NCBI GenBank assembly: GCA_963976765.1 | Contig: CAXBME010000025.1 | Coordinates: forward strand, 62,001-126,000 | Length of the DNA stretch: 64,000 nt | Origin: an uncultured Planctomycetaceae bacterium | GTDB taxonomy: Bacteria; Planctomycetota; Planctomycetia; Planctomycetales; Planctomycetaceae | Reading direction: 5' to 3' | Shown: in pieces, positions 10,045 to 19,945 of the stretch | Position numbering within the stretch: position 1 is the stretch's first letter | How the letters are laid out: each line of letters starts with the position of its first letter | Notes under the pieces: generated by a model | The model's database searches: none | Told to the model about the DNA's origin: nothing | What the model saw: only the letters and a program-made list of their open reading frames with translations | Made by a program: the position numbers and the translations under genes

Positions 10045-10956
10045 TCACTGGTGGTACAGCGTGGGAATAAATGTGTGCCGGGTCAGCAAGCTATGAACCG
10101 CGTCGGCGGCGTTCGCATCTTCCAGATCAACGGTTTTCATCCTGTATTCGTCGATCTCGCTGTTGCCAGTAGCGCTGTCGTAGAAGAACGTCACGGCAGG
10201 GGTTACACCCTTGGATGCCTTTTGCCACAGATAGACCGCCAGAATAAACCCGACCACCGTACAACTGAGAACCAGACACATGATGGCCAGACCGCAGCCG
10301 GCTCTGCCTTCATGACCGGCTTGAATCAGAATCTTCGAGACGTTCGTCAGAGGCACGGAGCCGTGCAGGGCAGTGAATTGGTGCTCGCTGCGAGTGAAGC
10401 CGGTTGTCAGTTGGAAACTCCGCTGCCGCTTCCTTTTTCTTCGTGCTACACCACTCCCGGTGATCGGCTCAACGATGAACATCCCGGAACGGCCTTCGCT
10501 CAACACTTTAAACCGACATTGCCCACACTCGACTGACGCATTTCCGATTGCTTCCGATGCGACGGTATTCGCAGGCTGTCTTAAAGCTTCGGGTGACTCG
10601 ACATGGCTGTCCCTTGAAAAGGCCTCTGCTTCAATCGCGAGTGTGACGTTGTTCTGAAAGCCGCTCATGAAGGCCGCAACGTTTTCGCGGTTCTTACCCC
10701 AGTCGAAGCATTGAGTCGGCACTGCACATCGACTGGTTATTGACAGGTGCATTTCCTGCCGCCACTCAATCTCAACGTTCTCGCCCAGCGACCAGATACT
10801 CGCAGAGGTCTTTGCGAAAATCCTGTCAGCCATCTGCTGCTCGATAGTCCAGGAAAGGTCGCGAAGTGTCCGTCGGACAATCTCTCGCACCCGGTCAACA
10901 TCATCGACTCCATGCGCATGCGACTCTGCATGCCGAGCAGGAAACATCAAAGGCAT
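10045..10956 (-). CDS. Hypothetical membrane protein
   Basis: 303-aa ORF with a S.WSLGE…FDWGKN..N segment and a hydrophobic TM stretch near the C-terminus. No family recognised confidently. Confidence 0.55.
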   Translation of the reverse strand: MPLMFPARHAESHAHGVDDVDRVREIVRRTLRDLSWTIEQQMADRIFAKTSASIWSLGENVEIEWRQEMHLSITSRCAVPTQCFDWGKNRENVAAFMSGFQNNVTLAIEAEAFSRDSHVESPEALRQPANTVASEAIGNASVECGQCRFKVLSEGRSGMFIVEPITGSGVARRKRKRQRSFQLTTGFTRSEHQFTALHGSVPLTNVSKILIQAGHEGRAGCGLAIMCLVLSCTVVGFILAVYLWQKASKGVTPAVTFFYDSATGNSEIDEYRMKTVDLEDANAADAVHSLLTRHTFIPTLYHQ

Positions 10957-11966
10957 GGAAGCCCCTTCATTTGCGTTGTCGTCACAAACATCTGCGTCTT
11001 CGCGCGGGTTTTATCCACCACCCCCTTCGCGAATCTCCCTTCGCAATGGTTCCCGTACAGCATCATGAACTTGCCTCGATACAAGATGCGGCATCTCCCT
11101 GGTGTGCTGGCCAGCACATTCCTGCGACGTCCCATTGGGCAGCTTCCCCAGACTCTGCCCAATATCCAGTGCGCGAAGGGTCGAACATTCGAATGGTCAA
11201 CCGTAAGGGGGCGACACTGCAATGTGGTCAAGAGTATTCACCTTGGTAGCCCGCAGCTTGATCGGACACTGAATCAAGAGTCGAGAACGGCAATGGTCGG
11301 ACACCTGCGGCAGCGATTGCTCAAAAAATTTTGGATTATCGTCGAAACAGCGAAGCTGTCCGGATGAGATGAGAAAGTGCCAGATGCCTTAAGGCGGGAC
11401 ACAGGAACCAGACGTTTAAACGGATCAGCAGGGTCGGTCAGTCAGACTGGCCGGGTCTCGCCTCGAAAAGGGACTACATCGTCAGTGTCCAGAACAATGT
11501 CCACTAGGCGAAGTTCACCAACTTTGATGGAACAGCTTCCTGAACTCGTTAAGTGCGACTGCAGGGTGCCCCGACCACTTATGGCTGGGTGCCGAAAGCG
11601 CAAGACGTTTCACCGTCCGTATCCAGCGTTTCTGAAGACGTTAATTCAATTTGAAAACGGATGATGGAACGACTTATCACGGCGCGGCAGTGCCTTTTTC
11701 AAAGGCATGACAGCAGGCCGGAACAAACTCACCACCTCTACGCGTCCAGCAATACTGGCTGGGCTGCTCAGCGGCGTTAGAGGTTCCTGCCTGCTTCGCG
11801 CCGGTGACACTGAGGTTGCCTGTCAACCAAGAACCAGGCAGGGTCGACTCGCAGCAGAGCCGCGAATTTTGCGACACGCAGACCGCTAAAGCGTCATGAC
11901 TCTCTGAGAGCAAGAGCAGGCTGATCAGACGGGCGGGCAATTATTCGCAAACCCCGGCCGACAAAA

Positions 11967-12040
11967 TACCCCCGGGAGGATTCGAACCTCCAACCTTCGG
12001 CTTCGGAAGCCGACGATCTATCCAGTTGATCTACGGGGGC
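11967..12040 (-). tRNA. tRNA-Arg (CCG)
   Basis: Minus strand reads GCCCCCGTAGATCAACTGGATAGATCGTCGGCTTCCGAAGCCGAAGGTTGGAGGTTCGAATCCTCCCGGGGGTA: full cloverleaf, anticodon loop TTCCGAA, no encoded CCA. Confidence 0.97.
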
Positions 12041-12250
12041 AACTCGCACTGTTATCATGCGGCGCCGGGTGGCGGCAGTGATCGATAAACCAGCTATCGA
12101 TCACCGTCGCGGAGCAGTGTATTGAGGTCTGCGCGCGGCAGCAATCATCAGCAATGCGAACATTCAAACCAGCAACCTGTCCCGGAAGAGTGGATTGCTG
12201 ATTCGCCGCTCTGAATCGGACTTGAGCGACTGGCTACTGAAAGAGAGACG

Positions 12251-13183
12251 ATGAATTCTCCCTGGATTGCGGAATTTGAAATTTCTGAGCAACTGGCACG
12301 GCAGCTTCTCGACGAGCAGTTTCCAGAGTTCACTGATTGTTCGCTCAATCTGCTGGGCGAAGGCTGCGACAACTCGGCGTGGCAGGTGGGCGATGACTGG
12401 GTGTTTCGATTTCCTCGTCGGCAGCTCGGAGCGGAGTTAATCGACTCAGAGCTGGCCGTGGTGCCGGCGATTGCGGATCGACTGACAGCTCCGGTGGCGT
12501 GTCCACGTCGAGCCGGGAAGCCGAATTCAGAATATCCGTGGCCGTTTGCCGGATATCCGCTGATTTCTGGAGCCGAACTGTGCGAGGCAGCTCCGGCACC
12601 GGATCGGCGGCTCCGCCTGGCCGAGAAACTCGGTGAGTTTCTGCGATCGCTGCATTCGGTATCGGCGGATGAGGCGATTTCGCTTGGTGCACCGCGAGAC
12701 ACATTCGGACGACTGGACATCGAGCGGCGATCGCGTCAGGCCAGTGAGCATCTCGCAAGAGCAGCAAACCTCGGCATTATTGACAGTCCGGTGCGTTGGG
12801 AACGGCTGCTCGGTCGACTGATTCCTTTGTGCAAGCCGCCGGAGACGACTTGCCTGGTTCACGGAGACCTTTATTCACGGCATGTCATTGTCGAACCGCC
12901 TGAAATGAACGGTGAGGCTCGGCTGGCTGGAATCATCGACTGGGGAGACGTCCACGCGGGAGATCCTTCCGCCGATCTTGCGTGTGCGTGGTCACTGTTT
13001 GATGCTGCTGGGCGACGCCGACTGCTTGAAAGCTACGGTAACGTTTCGGATGAATCACTGGCTCTGGCAAGAGTTCGCGCCATCAGCCATTCATCCGTAT
13101 GCGCGGTCTACGGTCGCGAAGGGGCCATTCCCGCGCTTGAGCAAGCCAGCCAGGCAGCGCTGAACTGGTTGCTTGAAGACTGA
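12251..13183 (+). CDS. Aminoglycoside phosphotransferase (APH)/choline kinase-like family protein
   Basis: GEGCDN glycine loop, VFRFPR, LVHGDL catalytic motif, IIDWGD, GDP..DLA. Confidence 0.88.
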   Translation: MNSPWIAEFEISEQLARQLLDEQFPEFTDCSLNLLGEGCDNSAWQVGDDWVFRFPRRQLGAELIDSELAVVPAIADRLTAPVACPRRAGKPNSEYPWPFAGYPLISGAELCEAAPAPDRRLRLAEKLGEFLRSLHSVSADEAISLGAPRDTFGRLDIERRSRQASEHLARAANLGIIDSPVRWERLLGRLIPLCKPPETTCLVHGDLYSRHVIVEPPEMNGEARLAGIIDWGDVHAGDPSADLACAWSLFDAAGRRRLLESYGNVSDESLALARVRAISHSSVCAVYGREGAIPALEQASQAALNWLLED

Positions 13184-13489
13184 ACTTTTACAGAGGAACG
13201 CTGCTCGTCTCGCCGGCCGCGCATTCCTGTTGCATTCTCAATCGTGAGAAATAGTGCCCTGAAGTGCCTGTGCCGTACGAATTCAAAACGTGATTGCTTG
13301 AACGGTCGAAAGTCATTCGTCATAGTTCCCGCGCTTCACGGGAAGCCGTTCGGGGCGACATCGGAATGTCGAGCCTTTTTGATCGCTGATCAGCGACCGG
13401 ACTGCTGACAGTGTCGTGCGATTCAGCAGTTCGTTGGAGCGTTTGATTTCTCAAACGTTCGGAAAACCGAGACCATAAAAGGACGGGCA

Positions 13490-14731
13490 ATGAGTCTCAT
13501 CCTGGCGGCAGAAAGCCTCGCCGAGATAATCAGCAGCATCACTGGATGTGAATCGTGCAGTGTCGCGATCGCTGCGGTTGTCCACGTGGCTCTTGTCGGT
13601 GCATTTTTTGGATTGCCCGCTGCTGTCTTTATCTGGGCAGAACGAAAAGTCTCCGCACGAATTCAGGACCGCCTTGGTCCGACAAGAGTTGGTGGTCGTT
13701 TCGGCTGGCTGCAGGCGCTCGCTGATGGCGGCAAACTGGTTCAGAAAGAAGACCTCGCCCCTGAAGCTGCTGATAAGCCACTCTTTCGGGTCGCTCCTTA
13801 CGTCGTTGTAATTGCTTCCTTTGCGGCATTCATGTTTCTGCCGTTCACGGATGGCTGGTCGGCTGTTTCGCTCGACGTCGGAATGTTTCTGCTCTTCGCG
13901 ATGCTTTCGCTCGAAGTTATCGGCGTCATTCTTGCCGGATACGCGAGTGGTTCAAAGTGGGCACTCTTCGGCGGGATGCGTGAAGCGGCTCAAATGGTCA
14001 GCTACGAAATCCCCATGTCGATCTGTGCTCTGGTGCCGATCGTCATGGCCGGAACGCTGAATCTGAACGAAGTGATTCACTATCAGTCCGCCGGTTGGGT
14101 TAATGGACTGCCGCCGTTTCTTCACTGGAACGTTTTCAATCCAGTTGCTGGTCCTGCCTTTATCGTTTACTTCGTCTGTGCAACTGCCAGCTGTAAACGA
14201 GCTCCGTTCGACCTTGCGGAAGCAGAGAGTGAACTGGTTGCCGGCTTCCTGACAGAATACAGCGGAATGCGATGGTCGTTCTTCTTCCTCGCAGAATACG
14301 CCAGCATGTTCCTTGTGAGTGCTGTTGCGGCAATTCTCTTCCTCGGTGGCTGGGATGACGGCTTCGGAATCGTTCGGTCGCTCAAGGGAAGTTCCACAAA
14401 CGTTCTGGATCCGTCCGTCATTCTCGGCAACGCGATTGGTGCCGGAATTCTGATGCTGAAAGCTTCGAAGCTCGTTCTGCTTCAAATCTGGGTTCGCTGG
14501 ACGCTGCCTCGACTACGAATTGACCAAGTGATGACCACCTGCCTGAAGTACTTGCTGCCGATGTCCTGTGCATTGTTCCTCGCGGCAGTCATCTATCCGA
14601 TGGCTCTTGTGCTCCAGACAGGCCGTCCTCAACTGTTGCCTCTTTCGGCACCAATTACAAAAGCTGCGGTCGCGACAGCAATTGAAACAGACGTCGAGAT
14701 CGCGGCTGTCGATGGCGAGGTGACAGAGTGA
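13490..14731 (+). CDS. nuoH: NADH-quinone oxidoreductase subunit H
   Basis: ERKVSARIQDRLGP.RVG, LQALADG.KL..KE, AQMVSYE, RAPFDLAEAESELVAG..TEYSG, RWTLPRLRIDQ. Confidence 0.96.
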   Translation: MSLILAAESLAEIISSITGCESCSVAIAAVVHVALVGAFFGLPAAVFIWAERKVSARIQDRLGPTRVGGRFGWLQALADGGKLVQKEDLAPEAADKPLFRVAPYVVVIASFAAFMFLPFTDGWSAVSLDVGMFLLFAMLSLEVIGVILAGYASGSKWALFGGMREAAQMVSYEIPMSICALVPIVMAGTLNLNEVIHYQSAGWVNGLPPFLHWNVFNPVAGPAFIVYFVCATASCKRAPFDLAEAESELVAGFLTEYSGMRWSFFFLAEYASMFLVSAVAAILFLGGWDDGFGIVRSLKGSSTNVLDPSVILGNAIGAGILMLKASKLVLLQIWVRWTLPRLRIDQVMTTCLKYLLPMSCALFLAAVIYPMALVLQTGRPQLLPLSAPITKAAVATAIETDVEIAAVDGEVTE

Positions 14732-15324
14732 ACATCGAACAACTACTCTTTGCACTGTTTGCTTTGGCGACTTGCGGCGGGGCCATTTCAGTGGTCATCT
14801 GCCAGAACGTCGTCCGAATGGCATTCAGCCTGATTATCTGTCTGGCATCGGTCAGTGCTTTGTTTTTTCTGCTGAGTGCTGACTTTGTCGGCGCGACTCA
14901 ACTGATGGTTTATGTCGGCGGGACAATCGTTCTGTTGATTTTCGGAGTGATGCTCACATCGAGTTCCACGCTCCTGCAGATTCGAACGTCTCCTGCTGAG
15001 GGTTTTCTCGCAGCAGGGATTGGCGTTCTGTTCCTTTCGGTTTTTTCCTTCACGGTGTGGAGCGTTGACTGGGATCGGAACGAAGCAAAACTTGCTGGTG
15101 TTACGGCAGTCGAAGGTGTGGCACCGCAAGGCTATAACGAAGCTTCGTCGGGAAATACCGTTCGACCGCTGGCAATGTCATTTGTTGGCCTGCGACCGGA
15201 CAAAGCAGGAAAAGCTCCCGGCTATCTGCTGCCTTTCGAGATTGTTTCGGTCCATCTATTGGTTGTTCTGGTTGGTGCTGCATATCTCGCTCGTACGAAA
15301 CGTCGAGTTTCAGCAGAATCTTAG
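14728..15324 (+). CDS. nuoJ: NADH-quinone oxidoreductase subunit J
   Basis: ADFVGATQLMVYVGG..VL.IFGVML; YLLPFEIVSV.LLV.LVGA. GTG overlaps the nuoH stop. Confidence 0.94.
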   Translation: MNIEQLLFALFALATCGGAISVVICQNVVRMAFSLIICLASVSALFFLLSADFVGATQLMVYVGGTIVLLIFGVMLTSSSTLLQIRTSPAEGFLAAGIGVLFLSVFSFTVWSVDWDRNEAKLAGVTAVEGVAPQGYNEASSGNTVRPLAMSFVGLRPDKAGKAPGYLLPFEIVSVHLLVVLVGAAYLARTKRRVSAES

Positions 15325-15390
15325 TTCAATATTTTCAAACTGTTCGGACCTGGCTCTGTCCGTGTTTTGTTTCTGGAATGCGAGTTCTCA

Positions 15391-15702
15391 ATGGACGCAA
15401 TTGGCCTGAACTATGTTCTCGCGATTGGTGCCGTACTTTTTGTCTGCGGAGTCATCTGCATGACGACAAAAAGAAACGGTATCGGCGTTCTGATGGGTGT
15501 CGAGCTGGTTCTGAACGGTGCTAACCTGAACTTCGTAGCGTTTGCAAGGTACTCGTCGATGGGGCTGGATGGGCACGTGATTTCACTGTTCGTCATCGTG
15601 CTGGCAGCTGCGGAAGCGGCCGTCGCACTGGCCATCGCACTTAATTTTTATAACAACCACTTGACCATCGACGTCGATCGCGGCGACGAACTGCGTGGTT
15701 AG
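15391..15702 (+). CDS. nuoK: NADH-quinone oxidoreductase subunit K
   Basis: LMGVEL.LN.ANLNFVAF, LFVIVLAAAEAAVALAI, ends LRG. Confidence 0.95.
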   Translation: MDAIGLNYVLAIGAVLFVCGVICMTTKRNGIGVLMGVELVLNGANLNFVAFARYSSMGLDGHVISLFVIVLAAAEAAVALAIALNFYNNHLTIDVDRGDELRG

Positions 15703-15750
15703 TAATTTCAGCTTTTCCCGACTCCTTTCGGTTAGCTCGTAGAGAATCTC

Positions 15751-18216
15751 ATGGAAAGTCTCGGTTCCGAACTCTCCAATTACCTGCTTCTGGCCTGGCT
15801 GCTGCCGTTATTCGGTTTCTGCATCGAGGTTCTTGGCGGGCGATGGGGAAGAAATCGGCAGGACAAAAGAGCAGCCTATCTGGCGATTGCCTGTATCGGT
15901 GCCAGTTTTCTGCTGAGTTCGTTCACGTTTTTTCGCTGGGGCACGGAAAATCACTGGCAGGTATTTGCCGCCAGTGACGACTCCGGACACCACTCCGTCG
16001 CATTACTTGCTGCTGATGGCCACGAAGAAAACCATGGCGAGCACAAGCATGAAAAAGACGATAGCCACGGCAAACACACCGACAGCGGCAATCATGATGC
16101 CGTCCACGGAGGCGAGCACGGAGACAGTTCTCATGACGTCGCCGCTCACCACGGGCCGGGGCCGTCTTATTCTGGCACGTTCTACACGCTCGCAACTTTC
16201 GGCGCATTGAACCTGTCCATCGACTACTACATCGACAGCTTGACAATCCTGATGTTCTGCATGGTGACGCTAATCGCCACCTGCATCCACATCTTCGCCG
16301 TCGGTTACATGTCGGACGAGCTGACCGACGAGTATGTTGACCACAACGCTCACACCAGCGACGGGCATCACGTTCATCGGCCGGGCCGATTCCACCGCTT
16401 CTTCTCGTTCCTGTCGCTGTTCTGCTTCTCGATGCTTGGCATCGTGCTCGCAGGCAACATCTTTCAGGTGTTTGTTTTCTGGGAACTGGTCGGTATTTCC
16501 AGCTTCCTTCTGATCGGTTTCTACACCGAACGAAAGTCAGCAAACGTTGCTGCCAACAAAGCATTCATTGTCAACCGAGTTGGCGACTTCGGGTTTATCA
16601 TCGGCCTGATGATTCTGTGGACCTACTGCGGAACCTTCAGTTTCGGTGACACTGAAATCGGCGGGCAAGAACAGCCTGGTTTGTTCAGCATGATTCGCGG
16701 AGCTGACGGCGAGATCGTCACTTCCAGTGATGGTGATGAGGTCATTCTCAAAACATCGGGACACGACGGTCACTGGTCAGCACCGGAGAACGGTCAGCCG
16801 AACAAGACGCTCCCTTACTTCCTACTGGTCATTGCCGGTATGGGTGTGTTTGGTGGATGCATCGGCAAAAGTGCTCAGTTCCCACTTCAAACGTGGCTTC
16901 CCGACGCAATGGAAGGTCCGACTCCCGTATCGGCCCTGGTCCACTCAGCAACGATGGTCGCAGCTGGTGTTTACCTCGCAGCCCGGTTCTACCCTGTCTT
17001 CACGACGGAAGTGCTCTTGACGATCGCTTACGTTGGCTGCATCACGGCGTTCGTCGCCGCCACCATCGCCGTCGTCGCCACCGACATCAAACGCGTTCTC
17101 GCTTACTCAACGATGAGCCAGCTCGGCTACATGATGCTGGCGATCGGACTGGGTGGCTGGGCTGCCGGACTGTTTCACCTCGTCACTCATGCCTTCTTCA
17201 AGTCGCTCATGTTCCTCTGCTCGGGTAGTGTCATTCATGGCTGCCATCACGAGCAGGAAATGCCCAAAATGGGTGGCCTGCGTCACAAGATGCCAATTAC
17301 GGCTTACACGATGTTGGTTGGCGTGATCGCCATCTCCGGGCTCGCCATTCCAGGGACCTCGATCGCGTTTTCAGGGTTTCATTCCAAAGACGCGATCGTG
17401 GCGACAGCACTCGCTTATACAAAGCTGAACCCGGTTCACTTTCTGCTGTTCCTGACGCCGCTTGTGACCGCTGGAATCACTGCCTTCTACATGTTCCGAC
17501 TCTGGTTTTACACCTTCACTGGCAAGCCTCGCGATCAACATGTCTATGATCACTGCCACGAGAGTCCTGCCGTGATGTTCGCACCGCTTCTGGTTCTCTC
17601 ACTCTTTGCAGCCGGATGTGCTCTCGGCGGCGAGAATGGCCCGCTTTATCAGATGATCGGCCACAGTGAACCACTGGGAGTGGCTGCTGGTGTCGAGCAC
17701 AGTGGAGTCGCCAACATAGCTTTGCCATCGCATCACGCGATTCATGAGGTGCACAGCACGGCTGGAGTGGTCGCGTTGCTTGCTGCCGCGTTAGGAACTC
17801 TCACCGCGTTCTTCCTGTACTGCCGACCGGTCGTTAATCCGGAAATGATCAAGCGACAGTTCTCTGGAGTTCACGGATTCCTCGTCGAGAAGTGGCAGTT
17901 TGACAATCTCTATGACGCTGCATTCGTCCGGCCGGCTCACATTGTCGGTCGGTGGTGTGCAGGCTTCGATAAAAACATTCTGGACGGCATCCTTCATACA
18001 GCAGCACGAACTGCCGTCTGGATCGGAACCGTCGACAGGAAGTTTGACGAGAAGATTGTAGATGGGCTTGTGAATGTCGTTGGAAACGTGACTCGTTCCG
18101 TTGGAATGAGCCTCACGGTATTCCAGACCGGAAAAATGCGGCAGTACGTGATGTTTATCGCGGTCAGCGTCGTCGCCTTGTTCGCACTCCTTTTCGCGTT
18201 CATGCCTAAGGCGTAA
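15751..18216 (+). CDS. nuoL: NADH-quinone oxidoreductase subunit L (with His-rich insertion)
   Basis: WELVG.SS.LLIGF, KAFIVNRVGD, GKSAQFPL.TWLPDAMEGPTPVSALVHSATMV, DIKRVLAYST.SQLG, FHLVTHAFFK. Confidence 0.96.
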   Translation: MESLGSELSNYLLLAWLLPLFGFCIEVLGGRWGRNRQDKRAAYLAIACIGASFLLSSFTFFRWGTENHWQVFAASDDSGHHSVALLAADGHEENHGEHKHEKDDSHGKHTDSGNHDAVHGGEHGDSSHDVAAHHGPGPSYSGTFYTLATFGALNLSIDYYIDSLTILMFCMVTLIATCIHIFAVGYMSDELTDEYVDHNAHTSDGHHVHRPGRFHRFFSFLSLFCFSMLGIVLAGNIFQVFVFWELVGISSFLLIGFYTERKSANVAANKAFIVNRVGDFGFIIGLMILWTYCGTFSFGDTEIGGQEQPGLFSMIRGADGEIVTSSDGDEVILKTSGHDGHWSAPENGQPNKTLPYFLLVIAGMGVFGGCIGKSAQFPLQTWLPDAMEGPTPVSALVHSATMVAAGVYLAARFYPVFTTEVLLTIAYVGCITAFVAATIAVVATDIKRVLAYSTMSQLGYMMLAIGLGGWAAGLFHLVTHAFFKSLMFLCSGSVIHGCHHEQEMPKMGGLRHKMPITAYTMLVGVIAISGLAIPGTSIAFSGFHSKDAIVATALAYTKLNPVHFLLFLTPLVTAGITAFYMFRLWFYTFTGKPRDQHVYDHCHESPAVMFAPLLVLSLFAAGCALGGENGPLYQMIGHSEPLGVAAGVEHSGVANIALPSHHAIHEVHSTAGVVALLAAALGTLTAFFLYCRPVVNPEMIKRQFSGVHGFLVEKWQFDNLYDAAFVRPAHIVGRWCAGFDKNILDGILHTAARTAVWIGTVDRKFDEKIVDGLVNVVGNVTRSVGMSLTVFQTGKMRQYVMFIAVSVVALFALLFAFMPKA

Positions 18217-18270
18217 GTAGTTCAATAAACGGAATCAACGGGTTTCGACTCCGAGGTCAGAACGGTCATC

Positions 18271-19887
18271 ATGGATAGCATCCTAGGTCTGTCATTAATA
18301 ATTTTCACACCGACGATCGGTGCGCTTTTGATCGCTTTGCTGGTTAACAGTAAGGCTATTGAGGCACTCCGGGTTGGTACCGTCGTCATTACGGCAATCA
18401 CGTTTGTCTTTACGCTCATGCTGTGGTCGAATTTCGACGCAAATGAAACCGGAATCCAGCCGGTCGTGGACGGCGTGAATGGAGTCTCCGCCGAATGGAT
18501 TGGCTCGTGGAACATCCACTACCGCCTTGGGTACGACGGCATCAGCCTGCCGCTGGTCGTCCTGACCAGCTTCATCAGCATGCTGGCCGCCATGGCATCA
18601 TGGAGCATCAACAAGCTTCACAAGGGCTATTTCATCCTGTTTCTGTTGCTCGAAACTGGCATGCTGGGCGTCTTCCTCGCACTCGACTTCTTCCTGTTCT
18701 ACGTGTTCTGGGAAGTCATGCTGCTCCCGATGTACTTCCTGATCGGTGTCTGGGGCGGACCCAGAAGAGAATACGCGGCAATTAAGTTCTTCCTCTACAC
18801 GCTCGCTGGCAGTGTGCTGATGCTGATCGCCATGCTGATGTTCTACTTCGGCGGCGGCAATGAATTTAACATTCTCAGACTGACTCAAATCGGTCAGGGC
18901 AACGTGCCGGGACTGCAGTTTGATGAGTTCACTCAGATCACGGCTTTCATTCTGCTGTTTATCGGCTTTGCGATCAAAGTTCCGTGTTTCCCGTTCCACA
19001 CCTGGTTGCCTGACGCGCACGTCGAAGCCCCTACTCCGATCAGTATGATTCTGGCGGGCGTGCTCCTGAAAATGGGTGGCTACGGGATCCTGCGAATCGC
19101 GTTTCCTATCTGCCCGGTGGGAGCCCAGTACGCGGCTTACACCCTGGTAGCTATCGGCGTGATCAGCATTATCTATGGCGGTTTTGCCGCGCTGGCTCAA
19201 ACCGACTTTAAGCGGATGGTTGCTTACAGCTCGGTTAGCCATATGGGTTATGTGATCCTCGGCATGGGAGTCTGGAAGATCACCGCCGAAAACGGGATCA
19301 TGGTTACCTCCGGGCGAGACTACTGGCTGATGGGCATGAGCGGAGCCATGTTCCAGATGATCGCTCACGGAGTTTCATCCGCCGGGATGTTCTTCATGGT
19401 TGGCGTGATCTATGACCGGGTTCACCATCGTGACCTGAACCAGTTCGGTGGTCTCTTCGGACTAATGCCTTTGTATTCGGGCCTTGCAGCTGGAATCTTC
19501 TTCGCCGGCCTTGGTCTACCTGGCCTTTGCGGGTTTATCGGTGAAGTTTTGGTTGTACTAAGTACTTGGAACTTCTCTCCAGTTCTGGCAATCGTCGCCG
19601 CCTCAGGCGTCATTATCACAGCCGGTTATATCCTGTGGACTCTCCAACGGGTTTATCTGGGAGCCGAGTACAAAGGCCCTCATGCAGAAGAAATCACCCC
19701 GATGAATGCACGCGAAGCAACCATCGCCATCACGCTATTGGTGATGGCTGTTGTTCTCGGTGTCTACCCAAACCTGATGTTCGACGTGATGAATGGCTCA
19801 ATGGCAGAAGTGGTTGATGGAATGGACGCCGGATTACGGGCAGCACAGCAATCTGGTGTTGCCATCACTGCGGTACCAGCTCCGTAA
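18271..19887 (+). CDS. nuoM: NADH-quinone oxidoreductase subunit M
   Basis: DGISLPLV.LT, FYVFWE.ML.PMY.LIG.WG, FPFHTWLPDAHVEAPT, LLKMGGYG, AYSSVSHMG. Confidence 0.96.
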   Translation: MDSILGLSLIIFTPTIGALLIALLVNSKAIEALRVGTVVITAITFVFTLMLWSNFDANETGIQPVVDGVNGVSAEWIGSWNIHYRLGYDGISLPLVVLTSFISMLAAMASWSINKLHKGYFILFLLLETGMLGVFLALDFFLFYVFWEVMLLPMYFLIGVWGGPRREYAAIKFFLYTLAGSVLMLIAMLMFYFGGGNEFNILRLTQIGQGNVPGLQFDEFTQITAFILLFIGFAIKVPCFPFHTWLPDAHVEAPTPISMILAGVLLKMGGYGILRIAFPICPVGAQYAAYTLVAIGVISIIYGGFAALAQTDFKRMVAYSSVSHMGYVILGMGVWKITAENGIMVTSGRDYWLMGMSGAMFQMIAHGVSSAGMFFMVGVIYDRVHHRDLNQFGGLFGLMPLYSGLAAGIFFAGLGLPGLCGFIGEVLVVLSTWNFSPVLAIVAASGVIITAGYILWTLQRVYLGAEYKGPHAEEITPMNAREATIAITLLVMAVVLGVYPNLMFDVMNGSMAEVVDGMDAGLRAAQQSGVAITAVPAP

Positions 19888-19945
19888 ACCCCAAGCGGCT
19901 TGTCCTTCACTAATCTCGGACGAATGACTTAAAGACATATCCCTC

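Noticed and set aside
10747..11940. Several short ORFs on both strands (e.g. 10747-11367 +, 10947-11231 -, 11377-11664 +)
   Set aside because: No recognisable motifs, non-protein-like composition, and some overlap the 303-aa ORF.
12251..13183. Antibiotic resistance gene call
   Set aside because: The APH fold alone does not establish an aminoglycoside substrate; no mobile context.
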